A stretch of DNA of 64,000 nt from a virus (Duplodnaviria; Caudoviricetes). Of this stretch, positions 38,401 to 48,523 are shown in pieces (the stretch's first letter is position 1; every line of letters starts with the position of its first letter). The notes beneath the pieces were generated by a model, which saw only the letters and a program-made list of their open reading frames with translations, ran no database searches and was not told where the DNA came from. The position numbers and the translations under genes were made by a program. The stretch is taken from the IMG/VR virus record IMGVR_UViG_3300010149_000008; one strand, given 5' to 3'.

Positions 38401-39304
38401 TGCACTCGGATTGGCTGGAGCAGGAATGATGGCTTACGGCTTGTATGATTGGTTTACAAGTAAAGAAACAAAATCAGTAACTACAGCCCGAGAATTTGAT
38501 AAGTACATGGAAAATAAAATAACTTCAAAGTTAATGGGTAGTCTTGTACAAGGCAGTGATTTTGCGCCTTATTTTAATAATATCTACTTTAAATCTTTCT
38601 GGGCAAATTATGGTGAAGAAATAACAGCTGCAGCTAAAAAATCTAAAGATTCAGGATATATGAACAGCATAAGCCCAGAATTTGAAGTAGGTAATTTTGC
38701 GGGTAGTCCTTATTACCAAAAAATATTTAAAAATACACTTAAAGGTGGACTTACGACTTACGAAGAACAATCAAATACTATTTTAGAACAAAAGCCAAGT
38801 GGTCCTAGTGAAGAGATGGTAAAAGATGGACAATCAGTTGGTGACTTAGAGTTTTTAAACAAGTATATAAATGTAAGTCAAAGCAAAAACATTTTAAACA
38901 ATTTACTAGCATCTGTATCTTTACCTAGTCTTTTTGAAGAAGAAACAAGCGCTACAACAATTGCTGCTTCAAATTATTCAGGTGCAAAAGAAATTAAAAT
39001 AAATAGAAGTAATCGATTGACTAAACAAAAAGTTGAAGATCAAAATCAAAAGCTAACTCAACTTAAAAAGAAGTTAGAAGAAGAAAATATTGAAGTTACA
39101 GCAGACTTTGTCTTTACAAACGAAATTATAGACAAGCTAATGAAGTCGATGGCAAAGAGTAATCTTGTTAGAATATTAGGCATGCCTGAGTATACAAATG
39201 GTGTCATGAGCTTAACAGAGAGTGCATTAGGGTCTAGATGCTTTAACATTGGCAGTGATGGTACTGCTGCGACAATAGAAACAGTCCAGCCTTCTGGAAG
39301 TTAA
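35444..39304 (+). CDS. Tape measure protein paralog 2
   Basis: GNQIRTDLVE, TFEDAANSVAILSQTFGMNLDAFD; extra Gly/Ala-rich hydrophobic segment near the C-terminus. Confidence 0.7.
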   Translation: MADETENNPNDPNSSNTSAIDASQTDLAKELNSVLEQVANRLEKINEITKSQADMMINMAQTFQGVQSSVSNMSQSAEIITESIAQAAETVITNIDSQSMQNVSQSLEEVSETASKGLTANSKSLTGLKESVTSAAASCQSVSESLSGVSDDISGNMSQISDDILTFRENTKGLKVESRSFVEAIKELDEKISNLVGGIASTFKNIFMGAFGMIKTVVSSIGSLVGAATQFVKFSLTIPFTIVQEAAKLGNQIRTDLVEVIQQSAEDLKESFDFESSIGQGIQEMTARGKGMLLEFQNPSSELVKLFDMGASGIANMIKEVGTNVAAMGHFSEIFGRSIMGDEKRLKNFTKMVRGFGFSSEDIQYMALDASVNLEHINVRMAKLGVTLESTAKEFGVDRKRLSKNFMIMRKNITQFGHLSDEEIASTTARLTQMRIKLEDAVAVFDKFKTFEDAANSVAILSQTFGMNLDAFDMIQAKNPEDIINMFRNSMLETGRAFEDLNRFEKDLMAQHTGMSAESLAALMNYRDLGLTHQEAVDKMASERPEAKQMASLKKLNSAIKEVQKVMTFDSPFKAFASGVADSTTLTGELKDVMVSLSQGYEGIYNYAKKLDPKTWSGLVKPINSIINIMLGIFKSKAFKGGLTKTVEVMSHFIGQLFNFDEPTKALQNSAVAASNAGKELSDGMKSIGAANEKNVGVLVNLSGRIMGGIIKGAAIGFTALLMTANDGIDTLKTKMDARNPYKNIIETFFGWNPGDVTKMGDSLKNAVTDFFSKSDGMISLTGWLMEGFGDIFEVVIGIFGGALAAGIDKIFGTQFGAKPSVALAQTSLKSQRKPASETMQEISETLGKEGTVNRKNLASMIHDLNDRASTVTDKGQKAQLQTVIESLKTRFTEEGNSEDDFRNIALQTAAVMQGISQGAYKGRDLSTIQQINAQDDFANADDHAVHGNIATAGLAGAGGVLLASKMAAMLPFLSAIPGVNVVAAGALGLAGAGMMAYGLYDWFTSKETKSVTTAREFDKYMENKITSKLMGSLVQGSDFAPYFNNIYFKSFWANYGEEITAAAKKSKDSGYMNSISPEFEVGNFAGSPYYQKIFKNTLKGGLTTYEEQSNTILEQKPSGPSEEMVKDGQSVGDLEFLNKYINVSQSKNILNNLLASVSLPSLFEEETSATTIAASNYSGAKEIKINRSNRLTKQKVEDQNQKLTQLKKKLEEENIEVTADFVFTNEIIDKLMKSMAKSNLVRILGMPEYTNGVMSLTESALGSRCFNIGSDGTAATIETVQPSGS

Positions 39305-39319
39305 AAGTGAGAATGTATT

Positions 39320-39577
39320 ATGAATAAATTAGATGTAAAAGAAGTGATTACAAAACTTGGACTTGACAAGGCACTATGCAAAGCATTTGCTAAAAAGACT
39401 GGAAAGACCGAGGAAGAATATTTAAAAATGTTTAACGAAATTGCAGAAAAAGAACTTAATGCTATTGGAAAATCACTAGTTGAAGGTCAAATAGATGAAA
39501 CTAAGTTCTCTCGATTACGAGGTTTGTCTCTGCAAGATTTTATGAAAGATAATGATAATATTATCAAGGACAAATAA
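39320..39577 (+). CDS. Small hypothetical protein in the tail operon
   Basis: 85-aa ORF fills the gap between tape measure 2 and the baseplate gene. Confidence 0.5.
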   Translation: MNKLDVKEVITKLGLDKALCKAFAKKTGKTEEEYLKMFNEIAEKELNAIGKSLVEGQIDETKFSRLRGLSLQDFMKDNDNIIKDK

Positions 39578-39579
39578 AA

Positions 39580-42423
39580 ATGGCAAACAAGTATATTCTC
39601 AATCCTGATGGGTCGATACAAAAATATAAAGAAGATGCAAGCCAAGAGCTTGAAGGAAAAATATATCCAGACAAATTAACTGATGATGATGAGAGTTCTT
39701 ATTTAAGTGATTTACCTGCAGCAAAACAACTCAATAATACTATTTATGATGGTGTTCAAGCAGATATAGACTTTGGTTCGTTGTCAGATGATGCTGATTC
39801 AGGACATAAAAAAATAATATCTAATATCGAAAACGACAAGAGTTTTGGTTTTATTGACACAGATGGCAATGTAAAAGATACTCCTGGGAAAATATCTTCT
39901 TATACCCCCTTTAATTCTTATAGCGAAGTCAACGAAAAAGATGAAAAAATAAAAACAGTTGTCTTTGCAGATGAACTAGAAATGTTAGGAGGAATTAGAC
40001 TTGATGCGGATGCTCTAGACATTTCAGGGAAATTATTAGGTGCACTTTTTTCTTACTTTGCCGAGTCTATACTAAGAATAGTACTTGTTGAAGTAATTGT
40101 AATAGCAAATAAAGCTTTTGTTGCAGCAAATGGAAGTCAAACATCTACTTTTGAAAGATATAGCCTTAGAATAGGCAGATATGATTTTACAGAATTTGAT
40201 TTGTTTTCTAGATATGTCTTTAATGTTTTAAACTATCCACACGAAAGTTCAGGCACTGTTCAAAGAATTCTTGCTTATTTTGCAGGGTTTACGCAATGGC
40301 TAGCACCAGATATGTTAATAGACTTTGATGAAATTTTAAAAGAAACTAAAAAACAAAACAATAAGCTAGAGTTTGCTGTTAGCGCTTTTGATCCTAATTG
40401 GGCTAAGGCTTTAATGGTTATTGCAGAAAGTCTTGTAAGTATTGGGCTTGCTGCGTTATCAAATCAAACAGTCAATAATAGAGCAAACCTCCTATTTAGA
40501 AAATTTTATCAAGAAAGACACTGGAATCAAGAAATACTCTACAAAGCTAAAGAAAAAGAAGCTGCTGTTCCAGACTTATTTACAGACTTAAACTATTATT
40601 ACTTTAAGTTTTATATAGAAAGAATACAAATTGGCTTAAAATATATCAATAAGTACGTTTATAAATACACGTATCTTAGAGATAATGCAATAGATTCACC
40701 TTTCAATAGAGTTTCAGGAAACAAATCAAACAAAAATATTGATGCTGCTATTGAATTAATGACTTTTGATGGAAAAGCACTTACAGGTGACATCGCAGAA
40801 ATATTAACTCAAGGTGAATATAAACCAGAGAAAAGTACTGTGAAACCCACAGCTGTAGCTGCAGCAGCTGCAGCTGCAGCGGCTATAGGCTTAGATGCAC
40901 CTGCAGACGCAAGTTCACGTTCTCAGCAAGCAATAAAGTCTTATAGCTGGTTATATAAAGACTCTGATGGAGAGAAAACAGACGATGAAATATCTATAGC
41001 TAAAGGTAAAAAACCTGGCCAATCTACGAGAATAAGAGCTTTGCCGCAGATGTTTTCAATGCATCCGTCACTTTATAGAGCGTTAGCAGCAAATGGAAAG
41101 ACAGATATAAAATTAGGTAAAGATTTAATGCAAAATTTTTATACACTTTCTGATGATGAAAAAAGAATTCCTGATTATGCTGTGACTGAAATTGAAAATG
41201 CATTAGAGGCAGAGTATATGCCTTTTTACTTGCATGACATTAGAACGAACGAGATTTTGTCTTTTCATGCTTTTATAGAAAGTATAACTGACTCTTTTAA
41301 TCCAGAATACAACTCTAGCAGCGGTTTTGGTAGAATTGATGATGTTCGAACATATGTAAAAACAACAAGAAATATTAATGTATCTTTTACACTAGCATCA
41401 ACATCAGAGTCTGATCATGATTTAATGTGGTATCAAATAAATAAAATTGTTGCAATGGTATATCCACAATGGTCTGATGGCTTTAATGTCTTAGAGAGAA
41501 AAGAAGGTGAAGTTGTATTTGACAAAAGCGGCAATCCAAAAATAGATTTTAAATATCCTTTTACACAAGTACCAAATGCTTCACCTTTAGTAAGACTAAG
41601 AGTTGGTGACGTTATTAAAAGCAACTATAGTAGAACAAACCTTTCTAGACTTCACGGAGTAGGCGAAAGACAGGCAGACTTAGGTGCTGAAAAAGCATTA
41701 GATGCAAGCAATCGACATTATGAACTATTACCGGGAAATTACAAAGTAGATCAAGGAGGCTCAGATATTTTAGGCTTAACTCTTTCTTTTGGTAAAAGAC
41801 CAATGATGGTTACAATAGATTCTCCTGTTAAAATAGCAGAACTTATAGATAGTGCAGCTGATGAAGACAACTTTTATAAAGTTAAAATTGCTAATCCTTT
41901 TTATAGTGAAAACGAAGCAAAGTCAGTTGCAGATATTTTTAAACTACCTCCTGAGATACCAGCTGATGAAACAATCGAAGTTTATGCAGATGCATCAAAA
42001 ATAGTTGCAAGTCAAATTCACAAACTCAGTAAAGGAGGAGCTGCAGACGATCTTATGAAGCCTATGAAAGATGGAAAAGTTAATAATCCTATAACTAAGT
42101 CTTATGAAAGTGGAATGAGTAGAGGCTTGGCAGGATTTATAACGCAGTTAGATGTTAATTACAATGAAGTGCCTTGGGAGACTAGTAGAGTAGGTTCGAA
42201 AGCGCCAATGTTAGTAAAGTTAACCATAAACTTTGCACCAATTCATGATATACCTCCTGGGTTAGATCATAATGGAATGCTTAGAGCACCTGTTTATAAT
42301 GTAGGTAGAATAAACAACGAGTTTTTTGGAGACCCTAAGGATCACACGTATACAGGTTCTGGAAGAGACTTAGCAATGGCTAAATATAAATTTTTAAAAT
42401 ATAAAGAAGGATCAGGTAATTAA
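39580..42423 (+). CDS. Baseplate/tail-tube initiator protein (gp48/gp54, P2 gpU or CIS tube-initiator-like C-terminal domain)
   Basis: FHAFIESITDSFNPEYN..SGFGRIDDVRTY..TTRNINVSF, SPLVRLRVGD, GFITQLDVNY, APMLVKLTINF. Confidence 0.7.
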   Translation: MANKYILNPDGSIQKYKEDASQELEGKIYPDKLTDDDESSYLSDLPAAKQLNNTIYDGVQADIDFGSLSDDADSGHKKIISNIENDKSFGFIDTDGNVKDTPGKISSYTPFNSYSEVNEKDEKIKTVVFADELEMLGGIRLDADALDISGKLLGALFSYFAESILRIVLVEVIVIANKAFVAANGSQTSTFERYSLRIGRYDFTEFDLFSRYVFNVLNYPHESSGTVQRILAYFAGFTQWLAPDMLIDFDEILKETKKQNNKLEFAVSAFDPNWAKALMVIAESLVSIGLAALSNQTVNNRANLLFRKFYQERHWNQEILYKAKEKEAAVPDLFTDLNYYYFKFYIERIQIGLKYINKYVYKYTYLRDNAIDSPFNRVSGNKSNKNIDAAIELMTFDGKALTGDIAEILTQGEYKPEKSTVKPTAVAAAAAAAAAIGLDAPADASSRSQQAIKSYSWLYKDSDGEKTDDEISIAKGKKPGQSTRIRALPQMFSMHPSLYRALAANGKTDIKLGKDLMQNFYTLSDDEKRIPDYAVTEIENALEAEYMPFYLHDIRTNEILSFHAFIESITDSFNPEYNSSSGFGRIDDVRTYVKTTRNINVSFTLASTSESDHDLMWYQINKIVAMVYPQWSDGFNVLERKEGEVVFDKSGNPKIDFKYPFTQVPNASPLVRLRVGDVIKSNYSRTNLSRLHGVGERQADLGAEKALDASNRHYELLPGNYKVDQGGSDILGLTLSFGKRPMMVTIDSPVKIAELIDSAADEDNFYKVKIANPFYSENEAKSVADIFKLPPEIPADETIEVYADASKIVASQIHKLSKGGAADDLMKPMKDGKVNNPITKSYESGMSRGLAGFITQLDVNYNEVPWETSRVGSKAPMLVKLTINFAPIHDIPPGLDHNGMLRAPVYNVGRINNEFFGDPKDHTYTGSGRDLAMAKYKFLKYKEGSGN

Positions 42424-42425
42424 CT

Positions 42426-42728
42426 ATGTCAAAATTTATAAGTAGGAAAGGTGGCATACCAAATCTTTCGTCTGCTATTTACTATGCTGTTGAAAATGGT
42501 ACAATAAGATTTAATACAGTTGTAGCAGATGGTAGAAGACTTGATCACTATGCTCAAGAATTTTATGGTAATGGTTTAAACTGGTGGATTATTGCAGCTG
42601 CAAGTGGAATTAGATGGCCTCTTGGAATTGGAGCAGGAGTAGCAAACAAAGGATCCATAGGAGACGACAGTATAGTGTTGTTTATACCGAACATAGAAGA
42701 CGTAATAAAACTCAAAGCAGGTAGATAA
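42426..42728 (+). CDS. LysM-like baseplate protein (P2 gpX-like)
   Basis: DGRRLDHYAQEFYGNGLNWWIIAAASGI...LFIP. Confidence 0.8.
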   Translation: MSKFISRKGGIPNLSSAIYYAVENGTIRFNTVVADGRRLDHYAQEFYGNGLNWWIIAAASGIRWPLGIGAGVANKGSIGDDSIVLFIPNIEDVIKLKAGR

Positions 42729-45700
42729 TGTCTTACGTAAATTATTTAAGAGAATCAAATATAAGCAAGTATACAAATATTATGTCCAATGAAGATGTAA
42801 TAAAAGAATTACTTAAACAATCTTCAGACGAAACATCAAAACTTGCAGCTGAAAAGCCTGAAGTTATAAAAGCAATTTCAGATGTATTTCAATCAATAAC
42901 GACAGAAGCTAAAACTGTTAATGAAATGATTGAAGATGTATACTTGAATTATTGCAAAGTTGTTCCTGGCGATGCAGAAGCAGAAGCAAAAGCAAAAGCA
43001 GAAGAAGTCTTAACAGAATTATCTTCATTTATAACAATAATACACGATGATGCAGAAAACAAGTTTTCTACTAGCACAGAAAATGTTTATACTTTTGATA
43101 ATAGAATAGATATAGGTGATCCTACAACTAAGCCTACTTTGTCTCCTAAAAAACTTAAAGATGTATTTAAGTTCCAAACTCCTTTTGTGTCTTTTAAGAG
43201 TCGTCCAAAACAAAATAAAATAGCAGGTGGAACTACAAAGTATGAACACTATAACAAATACGGATTACTTAACGCTGGCGCTGCAGAAGTTGGTACTATT
43301 TTTACAGCAGGAGGAGTAGCGTCTAGAACAATAAATTCTTCTTTTAAGAACATTTATAATACACATGAAATCTGTCACGCAAAAGCTGATGAAGCAACAG
43401 CTTCATCAAGAGGCGTTGAGGACGCAAGTCAGCTTAATTTAGTTAATGCAACTGGAAGTGGCTCTATACGTAATATTTGTGCAGCTACAAAAGATAAGCC
43501 TAGTCTTGCTTACATACTGATTGATCATCCAGACTTGCGTATAGGAACAAGAAATAGTTTAGAACTATCTACTTTTTTTAACTTATTAAATACAGTAGAA
43601 CTTAGCAAATGCCAACCTTATTTAGACGCTGTATTTGTATTGCCTTCAAATATATCATCAAATAATAATGGTAGAGTTTTTAAAACAGCTTCAATAACAC
43701 AGTTTTTTGAAGGAACGCCTGTATCGCCAAATGTTACAACTGATAATTTTAAAAAAATTGAAGCAAATTTTAAAAGAAAAGTAGGATCTGGTAAAACTGC
43801 AAAAATACAAGATGCTGTTGATACAAACATGTCAGCTTTTACAATGCCACAAACTATAAACAATTTTAACGAAAAGTTTATCGGGCATGGAGAAAACGTA
43901 CAGTTTAACACGGATATGAATTTTGCTAGACAAAACGCAGTTCATGATATCACGAGGCCTTTTTTAACTATAAAGAGTTTTAACATAGATGTTGCTCCAA
44001 CTCAAGGTCTCATGTCTTTTAAGACAGGAAAGCTTTCTTTAGTGCTTCATGATAGAACTCGCATGGTCGATATTGCTCCTTTCATCAAGCCTGATCTTTT
44101 TGGTTCATTTGGCGCTGAAATTTCTATTGAATATGGATGGAGTCATATCGACGGCAAGGTAGAAAATCCTGATGATAAAAAAGCTAGTTACTTAGGGCAA
44201 TTTTTAGAAAAATCTAGAGTAACAGAAAAATACATTATTACAAACTCTTCTTTTACAATGGATGCAACAGGACAAGTTAATATAGAGCTTTCAATAGCAA
44301 TGAGAGGGCCAGTTGACATAAGAAGTGTAAAGCTTCATTCTAATCCTATGCAAAACATTAAAACAAACTCAGTTTTAAAAAGCGAAAAAACTTTTCAAGA
44401 CATTGTAAGCATATTTAATGATCCTGCTCATAAGTATATTTTAGATAAAACTGATGGATATACGCACACAGATGAAAGTGGAGCCAATCCTCAATATATT
44501 TATTATGGAAAGCAGGTATTTCCTATAATTGAAAATTTAGTAACTGCAATTAGAAGTGAAACAAATCAAGTCCAGCTTGATGATCCTAAGTCTATTAAAG
44601 AAGCAAAATATGAAGTTATTAAATCAATTGCTGCAAATTTAACTAAAAGTGTAAGAACAAAATGGCTTAAAGCAAATACTGTTAAGCAAATAATCGAGGC
44701 TTTTAATCTTCTTGATCCAAAGCCTACACAAGAAGGCAAACTTTATTTAAGCGGAAAGTCGCGGCCTTTACTTTATATTCAAACTCATGAAGCTGATATA
44801 AATAATCTCGTAATTAATGCCTTTAGAAAAGATGAGATAAAAATACTCATGAGTAGCATTTTAAATTATATTGATAATGTCTACAATACATACGTTGTAA
44901 ATCAAGATAGTTTGCAACAAAAAGAAAGCACTTTAATAAACAAGATAATTGGTGGTCTAGATAAAATTGATCCTTTTATTAATACTGAGTTTTTAAAGCA
45001 ATATGAAAGAATAATACTAGGTGATGACACATCATCAGGCATATCTGTTAATAACTTAGGGGAAGAAGGAGAAAACGTAGGCTATGTTAGCTTTGGTTCT
45101 TTTATAACTGGTCTTATTGGTACACATATGGCTGCAGTAGGAAAATTTGATGAAATACAAATTGTAAGCTATACTTGTAATGAAAATTGTGGTCTTTTTT
45201 CAAACATGAACGTTTCTTCAATTTTGCTGCCTAAAGATGAATTAAGAGACTTTTTAGGTGACTTATTTGAAGATGGCACAACTATGACGTTAGAAGGAAT
45301 TATTTCTCAAATAATTAATAGATTTATAAATACTAGAACAAATATTTGTTATGGTCTTGCAGAATTTTATGTTATTGATGAAGAAACTGGGAACGTTGAA
45401 GCAGTTTTTAAAGAAGATGCGCAAAAAAAGAACATTAATGACAAACTAAGTACAATTTACCAAATGCTAGCTAATTCAGGTAAATCTCAACAAAGCCAGC
45501 AAACAACAGAAATTTCAGATGTTAGATTTGTTATGCCAAAAATTAAATTTACATTTGATACGCTTACAAGCAAAGATAGCAGTTTTGAAAAAACAATCTC
45601 TAGAATTTCTATATTTGATCAAAATGATAATCCTTTCGGTTCAGTTAACACTATAATGAAAGACGTTTATGATAGACAAATAGTTGCAACAGCTGCAAAA

Positions 45701-47431
45701 TTAAACAAAATTCGTCGTGATCATAAGTCTACTTATATTGATAAAAAAACAAAAAAAATAAAAAAGAAAACAACAAAAAACGTAGCAAGTGATATGCATG
45801 TTGCTGTTAGAGAAAGATTTTATCAAAAAAGTTGGTCTTTAATAAAAGATTTAATAAATCAAGGTGTCTTAATAGAAATTTCTGAAGGTGTTTATGAAAT
45901 TGGAGGTCAATTTAAATTACAAGGTCTTAAAAATAGCTTTAAATCAATTATGCCTTCTATAACTTACGGAACACAAAATTCTGCTGTAATAGAAGCTTCA
46001 GTTTCTACTGTTAATGAAGCCAAGCTTAATACAGTCTATTTAACAAGATCAGATAGAGCTGTAGATGGGAAAAATAAAATAGCAACAAAAGTAGCTTTCT
46101 CAAAAGACTTACCTCTTAGAGTTTTACCCTCGCAAGCAAACGTAACAATATACGGCTGTCCTTTTGTTAATTTTGCTCAATATATTTTCTTAGACTTTGA
46201 AACAGGAACAACTATTGACAATTCATATGCAATTACAGGCATTAAGCATGATTTATCTCCTGGGAAATTTACAACACAACTAACACTTTCTTACGGTGAT
46301 GTATACGGTAAATACGAAAATTCAGCTCAAACAATTGCAAGAACAATTAATGACATTGTAAAGCCTAAATCAATAGTAAGTGCTGTAGATGATGTGAGTA
46401 CTATTAAGATTAATTCATTTAAGAAAAGAGGAGATAAGCTAGGCAAAAAAGCAGCACTTATAGAAGTTACAAAAACATTTAATGGGAATATTAATTTTAA
46501 CATTAAGATTGTAGCTTCAAGAAGTAACGAAGTAGTCATTAAAAAAACTGGTGTCGTTAGCGATTATGATATGATTATATATGTTAACGAAAATAAACAA
46601 GGCAACCCTGCTGAGCTAGCTGATGGGAAATCTATAGATATATCTTTAGACATGACAAACGGATCTAATGATATTAAATTTTTCCAAGGAACAGCAGCTG
46701 ACTTTGGCATGCATGCTTATGCAAAAGCTAAGAATCTTTTTAAAACCCCGAATAGAATACCTACAGGTGGATTTGGCTTTGATACAAAAAGTCTTGCAAA
46801 CTTTAAGTCAATGGGTGTGAATGTGTTTAACAAAATTAGTGGTGATTTTATTAAAAACAGTTCAGCTGAAAGACTAAAATTTTTGAAAGATGCATTAACT
46901 CAACATGTTGGTTTCTTTTTTAAATTAAAATTTAAGTATAATGGTGTTGGCACTAATATTGAGCCTGATGCTATAAATCCTTCTTTAACAATAGACTGGA
47001 ATTTATTTGACAAAGTAAAAGTAGCTAATTTATTTAAAGCGTATGAAGATGTCAATGAAACAAACAACATTAGTTTAAATCCAGAGTACATTAATAAAGT
47101 ATCTAAAATATTAACTGACAACAACATACAAACAATTGAAGGTAGAAAAGAAAGTGTAAGTTTTTATACTAGCACTATAAAAAACATTAAAAGAAAACAA
47201 AAACTAAGTGCGTATGCAAAGCCTGGAAGTATAATGTTTACAACTGCTGGTTTAGAATTTGAAGTTATTGATGGATTTAAGTTTATTGGAAAAAAGAAAG
47301 TTAAAGTGGGTAAAAAAACAGTCGAAAAGATTGTAGCTGAATTTTCTTATAAAAAAGGCTCAATATCACTTAAGGATTTATTAGACAATATTACAGATCC
47401 TAAGAAACTTTATAATTTAAAGTCTAGATAA
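42728..47431 (+). CDS. Large baseplate hub protein (gp27/gpD/VgrG-like) with extensions
   Basis: ISIEYGWS, ANVTIYGCPFVNFAQYIFLDF, YAITGIKHDLSPGKFTTQLTL; follows the gpX-like gene. Confidence 0.65.
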   Translation: MSYVNYLRESNISKYTNIMSNEDVIKELLKQSSDETSKLAAEKPEVIKAISDVFQSITTEAKTVNEMIEDVYLNYCKVVPGDAEAEAKAKAEEVLTELSSFITIIHDDAENKFSTSTENVYTFDNRIDIGDPTTKPTLSPKKLKDVFKFQTPFVSFKSRPKQNKIAGGTTKYEHYNKYGLLNAGAAEVGTIFTAGGVASRTINSSFKNIYNTHEICHAKADEATASSRGVEDASQLNLVNATGSGSIRNICAATKDKPSLAYILIDHPDLRIGTRNSLELSTFFNLLNTVELSKCQPYLDAVFVLPSNISSNNNGRVFKTASITQFFEGTPVSPNVTTDNFKKIEANFKRKVGSGKTAKIQDAVDTNMSAFTMPQTINNFNEKFIGHGENVQFNTDMNFARQNAVHDITRPFLTIKSFNIDVAPTQGLMSFKTGKLSLVLHDRTRMVDIAPFIKPDLFGSFGAEISIEYGWSHIDGKVENPDDKKASYLGQFLEKSRVTEKYIITNSSFTMDATGQVNIELSIAMRGPVDIRSVKLHSNPMQNIKTNSVLKSEKTFQDIVSIFNDPAHKYILDKTDGYTHTDESGANPQYIYYGKQVFPIIENLVTAIRSETNQVQLDDPKSIKEAKYEVIKSIAANLTKSVRTKWLKANTVKQIIEAFNLLDPKPTQEGKLYLSGKSRPLLYIQTHEADINNLVINAFRKDEIKILMSSILNYIDNVYNTYVVNQDSLQQKESTLINKIIGGLDKIDPFINTEFLKQYERIILGDDTSSGISVNNLGEEGENVGYVSFGSFITGLIGTHMAAVGKFDEIQIVSYTCNENCGLFSNMNVSSILLPKDELRDFLGDLFEDGTTMTLEGIISQIINRFINTRTNICYGLAEFYVIDEETGNVEAVFKEDAQKKNINDKLSTIYQMLANSGKSQQSQQTTEISDVRFVMPKIKFTFDTLTSKDSSFEKTISRISIFDQNDNPFGSVNTIMKDVYDRQIVATAAKLNKIRRDHKSTYIDKKTKKIKKKTTKNVASDMHVAVRERFYQKSWSLIKDLINQGVLIEISEGVYEIGGQFKLQGLKNSFKSIMPSITYGTQNSAVIEASVSTVNEAKLNTVYLTRSDRAVDGKNKIATKVAFSKDLPLRVLPSQANVTIYGCPFVNFAQYIFLDFETGTTIDNSYAITGIKHDLSPGKFTTQLTLSYGDVYGKYENSAQTIARTINDIVKPKSIVSAVDDVSTIKINSFKKRGDKLGKKAALIEVTKTFNGNINFNIKIVASRSNEVVIKKTGVVSDYDMIIYVNENKQGNPAELADGKSIDISLDMTNGSNDIKFFQGTAADFGMHAYAKAKNLFKTPNRIPTGGFGFDTKSLANFKSMGVNVFNKISGDFIKNSSAERLKFLKDALTQHVGFFFKLKFKYNGVGTNIEPDAINPSLTIDWNLFDKVKVANLFKAYEDVNETNNISLNPEYINKVSKILTDNNIQTIEGRKESVSFYTSTIKNIKRKQKLSAYAKPGSIMFTTAGLEFEVIDGFKFIGKKKVKVGKKTVEKIVAEFSYKKGSISLKDLLDNITDPKKLYNLKSR

Positions 47432-47438
47432 AATTTTT

Positions 47439-47467
47439 TTGTAAATTTTTCTATATAGTATTATACT
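47439..47467 (+). promoter_or_regulatory. Sigma70-like early promoter
   Basis: TTGTAA-N17-TATACT upstream of the PolA gene. Confidence 0.7.
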
Positions 47468-47473
47468 CATATT

Positions 47474-48523
47474 ATGAGTGAATTATATAGATTATATAGA
47501 ATAGAAAATTTAAGTAAGTGGACAAAATATATTTCTATGTTTGACTTAAAAAAGTTTTATGATATAGAAAGTGTTTTACCTAATCATTTAGTAGAAAAAT
47601 ACAAAGAGGATGTTGAAAATGCAAACAGTATCTTAACAGAAAAAGATTTAACTTTAAATTATATAGACAAGTTTAAATCAAATCAGAAAATCTTTAAGAC
47701 AATAGAACCTGCAAAAATAAATTTAATATCTTATAGAGTTTTTAAAGAGCTAGAGAAAAACGAGACAATACTAAGTAATCTTCTTTCTTTTAAGCCTGTT
47801 AATGGCTTTGCTAATAAAGCAATGTATAAACAGACGTCTACAATTACAGGTAGACTAACAGACCAATCAGGATGCCCTAAGATCTTAACTTTGCCGGCTA
47901 GATGTCGTAAAATATTTGAAAGTAGATGGCAAAGAAATGGTGATCTTTTATACATTGATTTTAAAAACCTAGAACCACGTGTTATAAGAAAGATAAATGG
48001 TAAAGAAGCAGGTGATGACATATACAACGAAATTTCAGATGGTTTAGACTTTGAGGTTGATAGAGTTATTATTAAAAGAGGAATTATTTCAACTTTATAC
48101 GGTTCTTCTTCACAAATAGAAGGTTTAAGCAAAGATAGAAGCGAAGCAGTATTAGAAGCAACAAAGAGCTACTTTGATCTAAAAGCTATATTAAATAAAG
48201 CATCTATTGTCAACGAGATTGGCTGCAGAAACAACTATTATGGTAGACCAATATGGAATATCGAAGAAACAAAAGAAAACAAACTGATAAACAATTATGT
48301 ACAATCAACAGCTGTTGATATTGCACTTTCATATTTTTCAGAGTTATGTGATAAAATAAATCTAGAACTGTGCAAACCAGTTTATATTATTCATGATGCT
48401 TTAATATTAGACGTGCACAACGATTATATAAGTGATATTATGAACATCCTGGACACAGGATATAATTGCGAAAAACTTGGACATTTTCCTGTTGAAATAG
48501 AAAAATTATCGGAGACATTTTAA
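47474..48523 (+). CDS. Short family A DNA polymerase (polymerase domain only)
   Basis: TITGRL, LYIDFKNLEPRV (motif A), IKRGIISTLYG (motif B), NYYGRPI, NNYVQSTAVD, IIHDAL (motif C). Confidence 0.85.
   Translation: MSELYRLYRIENLSKWTKYISMFDLKKFYDIESVLPNHLVEKYKEDVENANSILTEKDLTLNYIDKFKSNQKIFKTIEPAKINLISYRVFKELEKNETILSNLLSFKPVNGFANKAMYKQTSTITGRLTDQSGCPKILTLPARCRKIFESRWQRNGDLLYIDFKNLEPRVIRKINGKEAGDDIYNEISDGLDFEVDRVIIKRGIISTLYGSSSQIEGLSKDRSEAVLEATKSYFDLKAILNKASIVNEIGCRNNYYGRPIWNIEETKENKLINNYVQSTAVDIALSYFSELCDKINLELCKPVYIIHDALILDVHNDYISDIMNILDTGYNCEKLGHFPVEIEKLSETF

Noticed and set aside
40850-43010. Poly-Ala run (about 40850-40885) and AEAEAKAKAE run (about 42970-43005)
   Set aside because: Short low-complexity linkers with no further signal.
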